A DNA stretch of 64,000 nt from contig CBFFRP010000152.1 of assembly GCA_965644295.1 (NCBI GenBank), positions 62,001 through 126,000 on the forward strand, in the 5' to 3' direction. Origin of the DNA: Paraphysomonas bandaiensis. Taxonomy: Eukaryota; Protista; Chrysophyceae. The notes under the pieces were generated by a model. The model did not search any database and was not told the origin of the DNA. It worked only from the letters and a program-made list of their open reading frames with translations. Positions 39,901 to 50,507 of this stretch are shown piece after piece. Position numbers and translations under genes: made by a program. Each line of letters begins with the position of its first letter. Position 1 is the first letter of the stretch.

Positions 39901-42900
39901 ACTGGATGTCCAAGAAAGATGACAAAAGCTCGAAGGATGACGACAAAAGCTCGAAGGGCGATTCATCTTCAAAGGATGATGACAAGAGCTCTAAGGATGA
40001 CTTCTCTTCCAAAGATGACGATAAAACCTCGAAGGACGACGCATCTTCTAAAGATGACGATAAAAGCTCAAAGGATGATGACAAGAGCTCTAAGGATGAC
40101 GACAAAACCTCGAAGGAAGATTCATCTTCAAAGGACGACGATAAAAGCTCGAAGGATGATGACAGTGTATCAAAGGAAGATTCATCTTCCAAGGATGATG
40201 ACAAGAGCTCGAAGGAAGATTCATCTTCAAAGGATGACGATAAAAGCTCGAAGGATGATGACAGTGTATCAAAGGAGGATTCATCTTCCAAGGATGATGA
40301 CAAGAGCTCGAAGGAAGATTCATCTTCAAAGGATGACGATAAGAGCTCTAAGGAAGATTCATCTTCAAAGGATGATGATAAAAGCTCCAAGGAGGATTCA
40401 TCGTTTGACACAATTCGCTATTCCGACTTCCACTCGCTGCCTCTAGAGAATGACCTAGATATGTATGAAAGTCTTGATTACTTCACGGAGTCTGTTGAAG
40501 GTGCTACTTTTTTTGGTGCCCGATTTCCATTGCGTGAGCAAAATGAGCGCCGCCTTGATTCGGGTTTTTACTACATGCCACCTGTTGAGGTGCCTGTCCT
40601 TTCTCATAACAGTACAGCTCTTGAGTTTGTTATGCCGGCTGGAGCTGGCAGCAATCTCATTCTCTTGATTGCTGTTGGGAACCAGAAGACAGCGGTTCCT
40701 TTTGGGTATTCCCCGCCAATTGTTGAACGTTACTACTTATCCCATGGTGGTAGCGCTAGTGGCAGAGAGCTACTCCGAGTGTATGGCAAGAATTTTGGTG
40801 CAATTAACTCACCCTTAAATGTGTACATTGGAGACGAGGCGTGCATCGATCCTCAGCTTAAAACGGATATCGAAGGCGTTCAGTTCATTGAATGCACTAC
40901 CCCTGCCACCACTGTCGGTGACAAGGTGATAAGAGTCGAAGTTGCCTTTCATCAGGTTACTTCTCCAATCCCTTATTATGTTGAGTGTAAGGCTAATACC
41001 TACGGTGCTGAGGGTGAAAAGTGTAGTCTCTGCGGCGTTGGTGCGGTGTGCGATATGGACGGAATGTACGCGCCAAAGTCGGCCAGTGGTTTTTATGTAT
41101 CTGAGGTTCCAGTTCCCAGTGATTTATGTACTCCGGAGAGCCAGGTGAATCGAGATACCTGCCCTGCTGTTATGCGCTGTGTGCCAGCAGATTCTTGTAC
41201 CGGAAACAATGGCTGTGCTGAAGGATATAAAGGGGAACGCTGTGGGAACTGTGCCGACGACTACTATAGGATCAATGGAAAATGTCAACAGTGTCCAGAT
41301 ATTCCTTGGGCGTTGTTTTTCTTTACTGTACTCGCTGTCAGTGTTGGTTTCTATATCGCCTATAAACTAAACCAGAAAAACGTTTCATTGGGTATTCTAG
41401 CGATTGGGATCGACTATATGCAGGTGCTTGGCATATTCGGTACCGCCAATGTCGATTGGCCTGAGGCTATTGTCAATATGTATAACGCATTTTCTATTTT
41501 CAACTTCAATATCGACGTCATTGCCCCTGGGTGCTGGGGTCATATGGAATTCACATTCCGAGATAAGTGGATTACTGTGTCTGTCTTGCCACTCGTTGTG
41601 CTTGTGCTGTGTGGAATACTTTTTGGTGGTTACGCTATATTCATGCATTATGTAAAGCACAGTCGAAAAGGTAGCTCTATATTTTACAAGTTTATTGGTG
41701 TTTATGTCATGCTGTTTTACTACGGCTACATCATGCTTGCCAACAACACACTGGCTGTGTTCAACTGTCAGCCAACCGACCCCTCTGATGGAAGCAAGTA
41801 TATGGTTGAAGTTGGTACAAATGGCGGGAAATGTTATGAACCCGGTACTCTGCAGCAGCAGCTAGAGCCTTGGGCAATTCTTTGTCTGATATTTTACGTT
41901 ATCGGATTCCCGCTTTTCGTTGGATATATATTATTTACCAACAAGGAAAAGGTGATGTATGCTCAAGTAATCCGCGCCTCAGGAAGTGCCGAAGCCGAGT
42001 TAAACGAAAAGCCGGCAATGACTAAGTTTAAAGCTATGTATACACGATTGTACTATCAGTTCAAACCTGAATTTTATTTCTGGGTTTTCATGATATTAAT
42101 GCGAAAGTTTGCCCTCACAGTATCAGCCGTTATATTCAGAGAAAACATTATCTTCTTGCTAGCACTTTATATCCTTATTTTATTTGGTTCCTACACCCTA
42201 CAAGTGGGACATCGCCCCTACATGTCCACGTCGGAGTACCCAGACGTTGTAGTGAACTACTCCTATATGCTGAATGAGGTCTCGCAAGATATTATTGCAA
42301 AGTCCGATCAGAAAGTCAAGTTAAAAAAGCGTGCTGCGCGTGCTCGTTTAGGCACGAATGCTCCTCTATTTCAAGTTCTCACTCCGCAGCTTTCATTTTT
42401 CAATAACTACAATACTGTAGAATCGTATCTTCTGTTTTCTGGCATATTAATATGTATTGGTAAGTAGATGCTGTGTATATACTTTATTTTGTTAATTTGT
42501 GTATATAGCTGGAATTATGTTTGAAAGTGGGCAATTGGACAGTATGCAGACGGACTCTTTGGCAGTAATTGTTATCATGATTGTCACTATATCTCTTCTT
42601 TACTTCGCCTGGGTTCTGTTTGGTGAGTTATGGATCGCGTTCTTCCCCGATTCCCCTCTTCCGCTGCTATGTATCAAAGTGTCTGAAGATAACGAAGTGT
42701 ATAAACCTCACCGTCAGTCCGGGAGTGTATCTCAGATCAAATATCAGGACCAGAACCCGCTTATGCGGACTGTTGAACCCAGGATGCAAGCTGTGCCCAC
42801 CACTGACACATATCACAGTCCACATGATGTATCGATCACAATTGACAGTGAAGATCAAGCACTCAAGTCAGAGGTTGATGAAGATATGTCTACAGACATA

Positions 42901-43092
42901 TTCGAGCAGGATGATCGCATGGCTAGGAAGCAGCAACAGGCGAAGCGCGGCGGTAATATTCTCCGAATGCTCTCTAGCGTTGGGCCATCTGTAACGCCGA
43001 AAATCAAAAGAGGGTTTAGTCAACTTGAAGACGACGAAGAAGTCCACTTTGAAAGAGCATTAAGTCGTAATGAGAGTGTGGAGAAGCTGTAA
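27994..43092 (+). CDS. Giant ~4,979-aa cadherin-repeat / IPT-TIG / Cys-rich / 9-TM surface protein (nonagonal cadherin-like)
   Basis: Exons 27994-28333, 28386-28640, 28699-42459, 42509-43092 join in frame (14,940 nt); signal peptide; ~11-12 cadherin repeats (LDHE/DYE, DxD, NVNEPP); many GxNFG...SYxPP IPT repeats; Cys-rich region; nine hydrophobic helices. Confidence 0.9.
36575..37423 (+). repeat. Coding 21-bp tandem repeat (DDDKS[T/S/M/I]K)n, about 40 units
   Basis: Visible in DNA and translation; synonymous variation between units. Confidence 0.95.
39910..40403 (+). repeat. Second coding acidic/Lys/Ser repeat (KDDDKSS / KEDSSS)
   Basis: Visible in DNA and translation. Confidence 0.93.
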
Positions 43093-43268
43093 GAAGTGAT
43101 TAATTTTGCCATACTTTGCGTTTATGTTATGAATGAGTAGTGTATTTAGTACCGCAATTATTTAAGCCGAAAGTAGTGTGCTTACGCTCTGAATATTATC
43201 TGGGGTTGATGTACTGGGGAAGTATAAGTCGTAATTGATTGGTACGGTAATAACACGGTATGAATGCC

Positions 43269-45578
43269 ATTCTTTATTTTCTCAGTGTATATCCCTCAAT
43301 CTGTCCAGCACTGAAATAACTACCAGCAACTCTTTCGGCCCTATTGTATGTGTAAACTTTTTGATCTTTGCCAGCTTTTTCTCCTAATTCCAATCGAGAC
43401 CTCATTGGGCCGAGTTTTTAGGCTGTGGTACTCCGCTGTAGTCATTTCAAGAATATATTTCCCAACCCACCAACCAGTATTTGCAGCATATGACTGGGCA
43501 AAACTTCCTTATCGGGGCCATCATCAGGTAATAACGCCTTGATCGCTATCACTATGTATTGGTTTGCTATCTGTAATACATCTGCGTCATGTTTATAAGC
43601 CTCTCCTAATATAGAGTATTGTATCTATTCACTTTTCTTCACACGTTTTAACGTAATTTAATTCATTCTTACCTCGCGGTTTGCTTGGCTTAGAAGGCAG
43701 TTTCACCGGGTTGGTGTTCTGGACAGTGTATTCTCGGTTTGGTATATTTTATGGTATAAATGTTAAGAGTACGAAGCTACTTGACGGTCATGTGGTATAC
43801 CCCTAAATATGCAGGTTTATCACGCCTTCTAAGCTTAGAACAATGTAAATTTGGGCATTAAACAGTAGTCATGAAATTATTTACTATAGCCAAGTCCTAG
43901 AAGAAAAAACGTTATAGAGAATTATATGTTGCATGATTCTTACCATCGACTCTGAGCGAGCCCTGTCATTATTAATGCCCCTACTAGCCCCCCAATTAAT
44001 CCTACAGCTACTGATATGGCTGTAGTAGAAGCACGGATAATTTATGCTCATTATATATTTAATAGAACTAGCGCAAAACCATATTAAGTAGTAGTTTATC
44101 AAAGTTTGATTGAAACAGTGTCAGGTGTTAGGAGAATCAACGAAAACCGGAAAGACAATTATTTGTGTGTGCCTAAAAAAGAGAGAGAAGAGAGCAATAG
44201 TTTTTTTCGAGCTTACCACGACCTCATCACCACTACAGATCATGATTCACTTTCCTATTCAGTGTAATTCTATTAGTTTGTTAATATGTGGTTCAAAATG
44301 ATACACAATCACAAACACTTACAGTTGTGTGGGAAATCAATATAATATGACTATATATACTTCATTATCAGATAGATGCCACATACAATAAAACGGACGA
44401 AAAAATGATTTAGATGACGATGTAAGTGATTTTAATATCATATGACCAATGATGCAGAGATTATCTATATCATCGTCCAGAAACTCTTCAATTCTATTAA
44501 CAAACCAACAGTCACAGACAGTTTACTCAAACATGTGAAGATTTTATTAATAAAATACAAGCAAAGGTCGATTCTATTAAAAAATTTCCCCGCCACTAGT
44601 AGTATATAGCAAATCTAGTTATTAGCTCTAGTCTATAGACATAAACTAGTTTCTGTACGCAACCGTACTCATGTAATAATCAGACTTTCATATATTAAAA
44701 ATTTTACTTTTCACCCCAAGATATCAGTGGCAAAAGGATCCTTGAATGGAGGGAGAGTTACAGAAAATGTGGAGTATTTACAGTACTCTCATTGAAGGAA
44801 TAGTTACAGATTGGGAGGTATTTGTAAAGGAGGTTATGTTGCAATACAACGTTTTGAGGGTTTACAAGCATTGAACACTCATTATTGTCGCAATTATTGA
44901 AACGATAAGTTGAACAATTCTTTACAAGGTATTGAATCATTGGATGTGTGAGTTCAAATAAAAGCTAACTACATGAAATTAGTTAATGCAAAAATATACG
45001 GTTCACAAGAATAACTTCATGTATTCCTAATAAATTTATATGATGCTTCCTAATGAAGAGTATCAATTAAATCTCAAGGGTATTTTTTCCCGGAGTGTTA
45101 CTTATACCTGATCAATTCATCGCAAACTGCATTTCTGTCTTTCAAAATCTCAGCAGAATGGCTGTCGGACGAAGGCTGGTTTATTTGTACACAATGTAGA
45201 TATGATGCGGTACTGTTGAAATATCTGATGCTTGCTTTCCATCTCTTGCGATAATGAAAGAGATTTGCATGGAACCACTGCTCTAGTCCTGAATGTTTGA
45301 CATCACACAACGAATGTGATTATCCATCCTTCATCTTCTTCAGTCGTATCGGCATCCTGTGTATATTTTTGTTCATATATGCCTCTAATATTGAGACAAC
45401 AATTATGTGTATTCCAGCTGTAGTTGTATGTAAGTAATATAGAGGATATTTACTTCAATTAATTACCGCTGCTGCCTGCCGATACGATATTCTTCCAGAT
45501 TTTTACATGCTATTTTGGGGTGGGTGTGTACCATATTCTACAGGATGTTCCATATGAACTACATCTACAACCCACCGC
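43269..45578. repeat. Long direct repeat, copy 1 (paralogous to 51260-54112)
   Basis: Near-identical from ATTCTTTATTTTC-CAGTGTATATCCC to CTACAACCCACCGC with reciprocal indels; duplicated short ORFs (MCKLFDL, MIQYLVK, MCDVKHS). Confidence 0.95.
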
Positions 45579-45590
45579 ATCAGGCAGACA

Positions 45591-45723
45591 CGTCGAAGAG
45601 AAAAATACGGTACACTGTCAACTCATTAGCGGATGCTAAAGATCAATACGGACAGAATACCCCCGTTATATTTCGTATAGTCTCCACACTGTATCAACAC
45701 GAGGTCAAACAAGAAACATGATA
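45591..45723 (-). mobile_element. Diverged LTR fragment related to the adjacent copia LTR (may continue at 48767-48808)
   Basis: CGAAGAGAAAAATACGGTAC...GGATGCTAAAGATCAATACGGACAGAATACCCCCGTT aligns with CGCAGAGAAAAAACACGGTAC...GGATGCTACAGATCAATAAACGGACGGAATACCCCCGTT. Confidence 0.75.
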
Positions 45724-46035
45724 CTTCGCGCAGAGAAAAAACACGGTACTCGGTCGGAAGTCACGGATGCTACAGATCAATAAACGGACGGAATACCCCC
45801 GTTGCCTTTTCACACAGTCTACACTACAGGTAGTCAAAAGCAAGGTTCTCTTCGCAGTTACTACAGAACTCGTTAGTAAGAGAAAATTATGCTTCTAGTC
45901 TACAGCCGTACACAACACACTGCATAACATAACACCATACACCTCTATGTGCCCTATGCATATCTTATACAGTCACTTCAAGTACTAAACTGAAAAGAAC
46001 ATCCTCTCATTTCTCTACGCACCCCTGTGATGTGT

Positions 46036-46713
46036 CTATGCTTCTCCGACGATACGACACATCAAATGACGAAACAATTTCCCTTGTAGGGGTTTAGTCA
46101 GCACGTCAGCCAACATCTCTCCTGTAGGTAAGTACTGAAGCTTCACGTCTCCCCTATCATGGTGTTCTTTGACTAAAGCCTGCCTTACTCGTAGATATTT
46201 CGATCGGTATTTGCCTCCTCCTTTCGTTACGAGGCTGAGAGTAGATGCATTGTCCTGGAATATTGTAGGTGAGTCCATTATACACCCCTGACCACACAGG
46301 AACTCATGCAATTTCATCACACACGGCAGCATGTCAGAGAGTGCGACCAATTCCGACTCAGTGGAGTCCTTAGTGACCAGTTTCTGCTTTGTCGACCGAC
46401 AAAGCACCGCTGCATCACCCACGCTGACCACCACTCCGGTATGGCCCTTTCCATCCTGATGTGTCGCAAATGATGCGTCAATGTATGATTTCACCTGAAT
46501 CTTATCTCCTATTCGCAGGTGTAAATCTTGGTTCTTGGTGGCCGCCAGGTACTTCAACACTCTCCCCAGCTTCTGCTTGTCATCTTGAGTCGGGTCCTTC
46601 ACCCTAGTAGCCAGGTACGCAATAGACAACAAAATATCCGGCCTCACCCTTGTTGCCAGGTATAGCAGCTTTGCCACCACTGTGTGGAATTCTGCGGCGT
46701 CTCTCTTGCCCAA
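46036..46713 (-). pseudogene. Copia RT C-terminus + RNase H fragment
   Basis: LLYLATRVRPDI, YIDASFA, DSTESELVA, FQDN, MLADVLTKPLQG. Confidence 0.92.
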
Positions 46714-48457
46714 TTTCTGCTCGGACGCTGAAGATGTCTGAGTAGAGCCTCTGCTCTTGCTGCATCTCCGATTTCAGTGCGGTGTCTACGTACTGGCGCC
46801 CCGTTTTTTTGTGAGTGTGCTTCCCGCGCACTGACTCGTATGGGGTTCCATATATCTCGAATGCTCTCCGTACGTCACTTGCGGTGAGTTTCAGTCCTGT
46901 TATGTTGCCATCACTGACTAAGTTGATTGCGTCTTTCTCAGAGTCAAATCCCGAGGTCTTGACTAAATCCCATGCCTCTCGTGCTCGAGCCACTTCGGCC
47001 TTCGAGTGCCTCGCTTCCATGTCGGCTACTGTTGTGACATGTACGTTTCCAGTGGCCCAGTCTCGCATATCAGCGACGTACATTTTGTTCCTTCTTGCGA
47101 ATACCAGGTCTCTACCAGGTAAATGCACAGTATACGATTTGCCTTGCACATATGTTACATCGTACATATCCTCCACATCTGATTGACATAGCACACTCGC
47201 ACGTAAATGATCAGCCGTTGTGCAGGGAAAGAATTGATCCAGATCTCCTACATTTGGTAACTCCATAGCGTGCCCTGAGAGTCCTGCCACGGTACATTTC
47301 CTGGTCGCCGGCCTTATATTGTGCAGTAATGCAGGGTGAACCACTGACACGTCCGCCTGATTATCTAGCAGTACCTCGTACCACCTGAATGGGTGGCCTC
47401 CGGATGTGAATGCGTTCTTTAGGGTCACCGCACAGTTTCTCTCATCTGCATCTTGGTTGTCAGGGCATTCATTGAGTCGGTGCCCTGGCTCGCCGCACCC
47501 CCAACATATCAGGGGTTTCCTCCGTTGTTCTCTGTGCCGTGGATTCTTCTGCCCCCTTTTGGATTCTTTGTCGTCTCTGTCGCCATTTTCGTCACTGTCA
47601 CTTGCGCTGTGTTTCCCTTTGCTGGTAGTTTTGCGTTCAGCTTTGGTGACGAAGGCTGCTCCTCCTGCCGCGCGTGTCTGCTTCCTGGCCGGTAGGTATT
47701 TAGAAACCTTGTTGTATATGTCGTTTATGTGTGTGGGTGCAATCTGTGTTCCCATGGTTAGGTCGTTCAGATAATTAGTCTTGAAGTCGCTGTATCTCGC
47801 GTCGTCTAGTCCGTTAAAGAAGTCCATCGCCACATCGGTGTCGGACATTTTGGCGTTGTCCATTTCTTTGTATGCTTCCAGTAAATAATCAAATTTCTCC
47901 TTATATGTCACGATGCTTTCGAAAGTTCCTTGTCGAACTTCTTGGTACTTTCGCCTAGTTTCCGCTTTCATTACTGCTCCCACATTGGAGCTTGTCGCCA
48001 CCTTGTGTGTCTTTTTTATTGCAAGCCATAGCGATAGTGGATCTTTCGTTGCGTTGAACTCTTGATATTCGTCTAATAGTTTTATAGCGTCGTGGGATTC
48101 GTTGCTCAGGTGCTGTATCATGAATCCGTACAGTGGGGTTCTGTTCTTGGCCATCTCTCCTATGGCCCGAGATCTTCTGATGCATTGATCTTCGATCTCC
48201 TTGTACCCGATGGGGTCTGTCCTCGGATTGACATCCCTGGTGTCGGGTCTCGGTGGCTCGTAGTACTGGTCAGTCTCCAGCATCTTTGCAAGGTCTCCGT
48301 ACCTCACCATGGCTTCGGCCACCAATTTCTGCTTGAAAATAGGCAGATTACATTTTGCGCCATATCTTAGCATTGGCACTGCGTCATAACTGTCAGACTC
48401 TTGTCTTCTTCCAGATCTTGGATATCTGGGATATCTCTCTTTTGTCGTTTTCTTCAT
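46604..48457 (-). CDS. Copia Gag (CCHC knuckle) - aspartic protease - truncated integrase N-terminus
   Basis: CWGCGEPGHRLNEC; protease LLDNQADVSV (CoDi-like DNQ variant); DVRRAFEIYG and LYSDIF, then out of frame at the deletion junction ~46717. Confidence 0.9.
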   Translation of the reverse strand: MKKTTKERYPRYPRSGRRQESDSYDAVPMLRYGAKCNLPIFKQKLVAEAMVRYGDLAKMLETDQYYEPPRPDTRDVNPRTDPIGYKEIEDQCIRRSRAIGEMAKNRTPLYGFMIQHLSNESHDAIKLLDEYQEFNATKDPLSLWLAIKKTHKVATSSNVGAVMKAETRRKYQEVRQGTFESIVTYKEKFDYLLEAYKEMDNAKMSDTDVAMDFFNGLDDARYSDFKTNYLNDLTMGTQIAPTHINDIYNKVSKYLPARKQTRAAGGAAFVTKAERKTTSKGKHSASDSDENGDRDDKESKRGQKNPRHREQRRKPLICWGCGEPGHRLNECPDNQDADERNCAVTLKNAFTSGGHPFRWYEVLLDNQADVSVVHPALLHNIRPATRKCTVAGLSGHAMELPNVGDLDQFFPCTTADHLRASVLCQSDVEDMYDVTYVQGKSYTVHLPGRDLVFARRNKMYVADMRDWATGNVHVTTVADMEARHSKAEVARAREAWDLVKTSGFDSEKDAINLVSDGNITGLKLTASDVRRAFEIYGTPYESVRGKHTHKKTGRQYVDTALKSEMQQEQRLYSDIFSVRAEIGQERRRRIPHSGGKAAIPGNKGEAGYFVVYCVPGY

Positions 48458-48886
48458 AATTTTCTCTTACGCAGAGAAAAAACACGGTACTCGGTCGGAA
48501 GTCACGGATGCTACAGATCAATAAACGGACGGAATACCCCCGTTGCCTTTTCACACAGTCTACACTACAGGTAGTCAAAAGCAAGGTTCTCTTCGCAGTT
48601 ACTACAGAACTCGTTAGTAAGAGAAAATTATGCTTCTAGTCTACAGCCGTACACAACACACTACATAACATAACACCATACACCTCTATGTGCCCTATGC
48701 ATATCTTATACAGTCACTTCAAGTACTAAACTGAAAAAGAACATCCTCTTATTTCTCTACGCTTCGTACGTCCTTCTCCATATAGTATTATCAATCACTC
48801 TTCTTACGAACACAAAGAGCTCTACAGACTATACATACATACAAACATACATACATATTATCGTAGTTGATATCATTGTATTTAAG

Positions 48887-50047
48887 ATGAGTGATATCAA
48901 TGCAGAAATAGAGCATATTGAGACTGAAATAAGCCAAATTAATGCCCAGATTCGAAGCGTGGAATCTTCAATCGAAGATGCGGAAGTGAAAGAAGTTGGG
49001 AGGGCTAAACTGGAACGTTTGATTCAAGAGAAGAAAGATTTGCGCGAAGAGAAAAAGTTATTACTTGAAGAGAGAAAGTCATTACGCGAACGTTTGGGCC
49101 GAAAGGAGGAGCATATGTACCGAATGGAGGAGTTACGTGAAGAGAGGAAGTTGAGAGGTGAACTTGAACTTCGATCGACTTCAGGTAACTGAATTTTCAG
49201 TTTGTGTGTACTGCTGCATTTCAAACCGAGTCGTTCGCTCTTTGGATATATGCATGTATGTATGTATGTATGTATGTATGTATGTGTAGATTGAGGTACA
49301 TGTAAGAGGTGCATCTATCTGCTCATGTATATTTAATTATTCATATCTCTTATATTTGATTTGATATGTATATTCTGACATCTCCAGCCACAGGAACCGC
49401 TCCTCCACAAGGTAAACGACATTGTGATGTGCTATATAAATAATAACTGATCATATCACACGACGATTGCTTGTATATGATTTATATATTACTGCTACAT
49501 GATAATCCCACCCTCCAGTACAGTACTATATAATCTATCTACACTATATATTCTGTTCACAGCTGCTCCTGTAGCCACTGTCTTTGAGAGTGTGCAGCAG
49601 CCTCAGCCTCCACAGAAATTGTATTCTGTTGAAATGATGTTGAGAGATGCGAATGGTCAACTGGCTACACTGGCAGGCTACAGGGGATTTCGTAAGTATG
49701 TTGTTGACAAAGCGATGGAATTAGGTGTAACTGGGACCATCCAGCGGTATCATCATTATGACATTAAGATTTATTTTGAAGGGTATTCGGAACAGCTCGA
49801 TAACTTTTTCGATTTTTTTCAGACATGTATTGAGCAACGAATGATTGCTACTTTTGATAATGTTTTGGAGGGTGAGATACCTCGTCGAAGGCAACGGAAG
49901 TTTTATATTGTTGTGGACCACTCAAGAACCACTGAAAGAAATGGAAAAGTCAAGAAAGGTCCTCACTCAAACCATACCGAGTACGATAAAATCAGTGACT
50001 ATTCAGCCGACTCCGGGGCGGTGTTAGGATTTCATAGACCTCACTAA
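48887..50047 (+). CDS. Coiled-coil N-terminus + acylphosphatase-like domain (3 exons incl. 18-24 nt microexon)
   Basis: Exons 48887-49184, 49388/49394-49411 and 49563-50047 join in frame; GFRKYVVDKAMELGVTGTIQ...IYFEG...LDNFFDF resembles the acylphosphatase fold. Confidence 0.65.
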
Positions 50048-50507
50048 TAGACACACTCGCTTGAGCCGGCACTTGAGACAGTATCGAACATGAATAGCGC
50101 TCTTCGTTGTAGGTAATTATCAGAATTGTTCAATATTGTAATAATAAATGAGTTTTGGTACACGGGTAGCTGGGTGGTAGAATCAGTGCTGTATATATCT
50201 CGGTGTTATAGGTGGTATAACAGCCAGCCTACACTATGGCCACGCCCTCGGAGTGGGGCACCTGCGTATCAGATGTTTATTAGAACTGTTACAGTTCGTT
50301 CACCCATAACTAGCTGCTCAAAAAACGGTCGACAGTTATGATTTTTTCAGTTATTGAGTTTGATAATATTTCAGGAAATCTCTCAATTTCACCACTGCTC
50401 CCACACACCCTTCCAAACCAACTTGACACTGCCAATCAGATCACAGGCTTCCATTTGCATGCTTAAGATATCTCATTCATATTCTATGTCCAATACTAGA
50501 ATAATGC

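Larger units (their letters stand above)
45729..48761 (-). mobile_element. Ty1/copia LTR retrotransposon, internally deleted (non-autonomous), recent insertion
   Basis: LTRs 45729-46019 and 48470-48761 (291/292 bp, ~3 differences); TSD CTTCG at 45724-45728 and 48762-48766; PPT-like AGGGG at 46026-46022; gag-PR-IN start, then RT end and RNase H. Confidence 0.95.

Noticed and set aside
46020-46021. Canonical TG start of the 3' LTR (TGCGTAGAG)
   Set aside because: The T is not shared by the 5' LTR, no CA end exists on either LTR, and the 5-bp TSD fits only CG...CG boundaries
49499-50047. IS200 TnpA/Fanzor-type element
   Set aside because: No HUH+Tyr arrangement or RuvC/Zn-finger motifs; the pattern fits an acylphosphatase-like fold better
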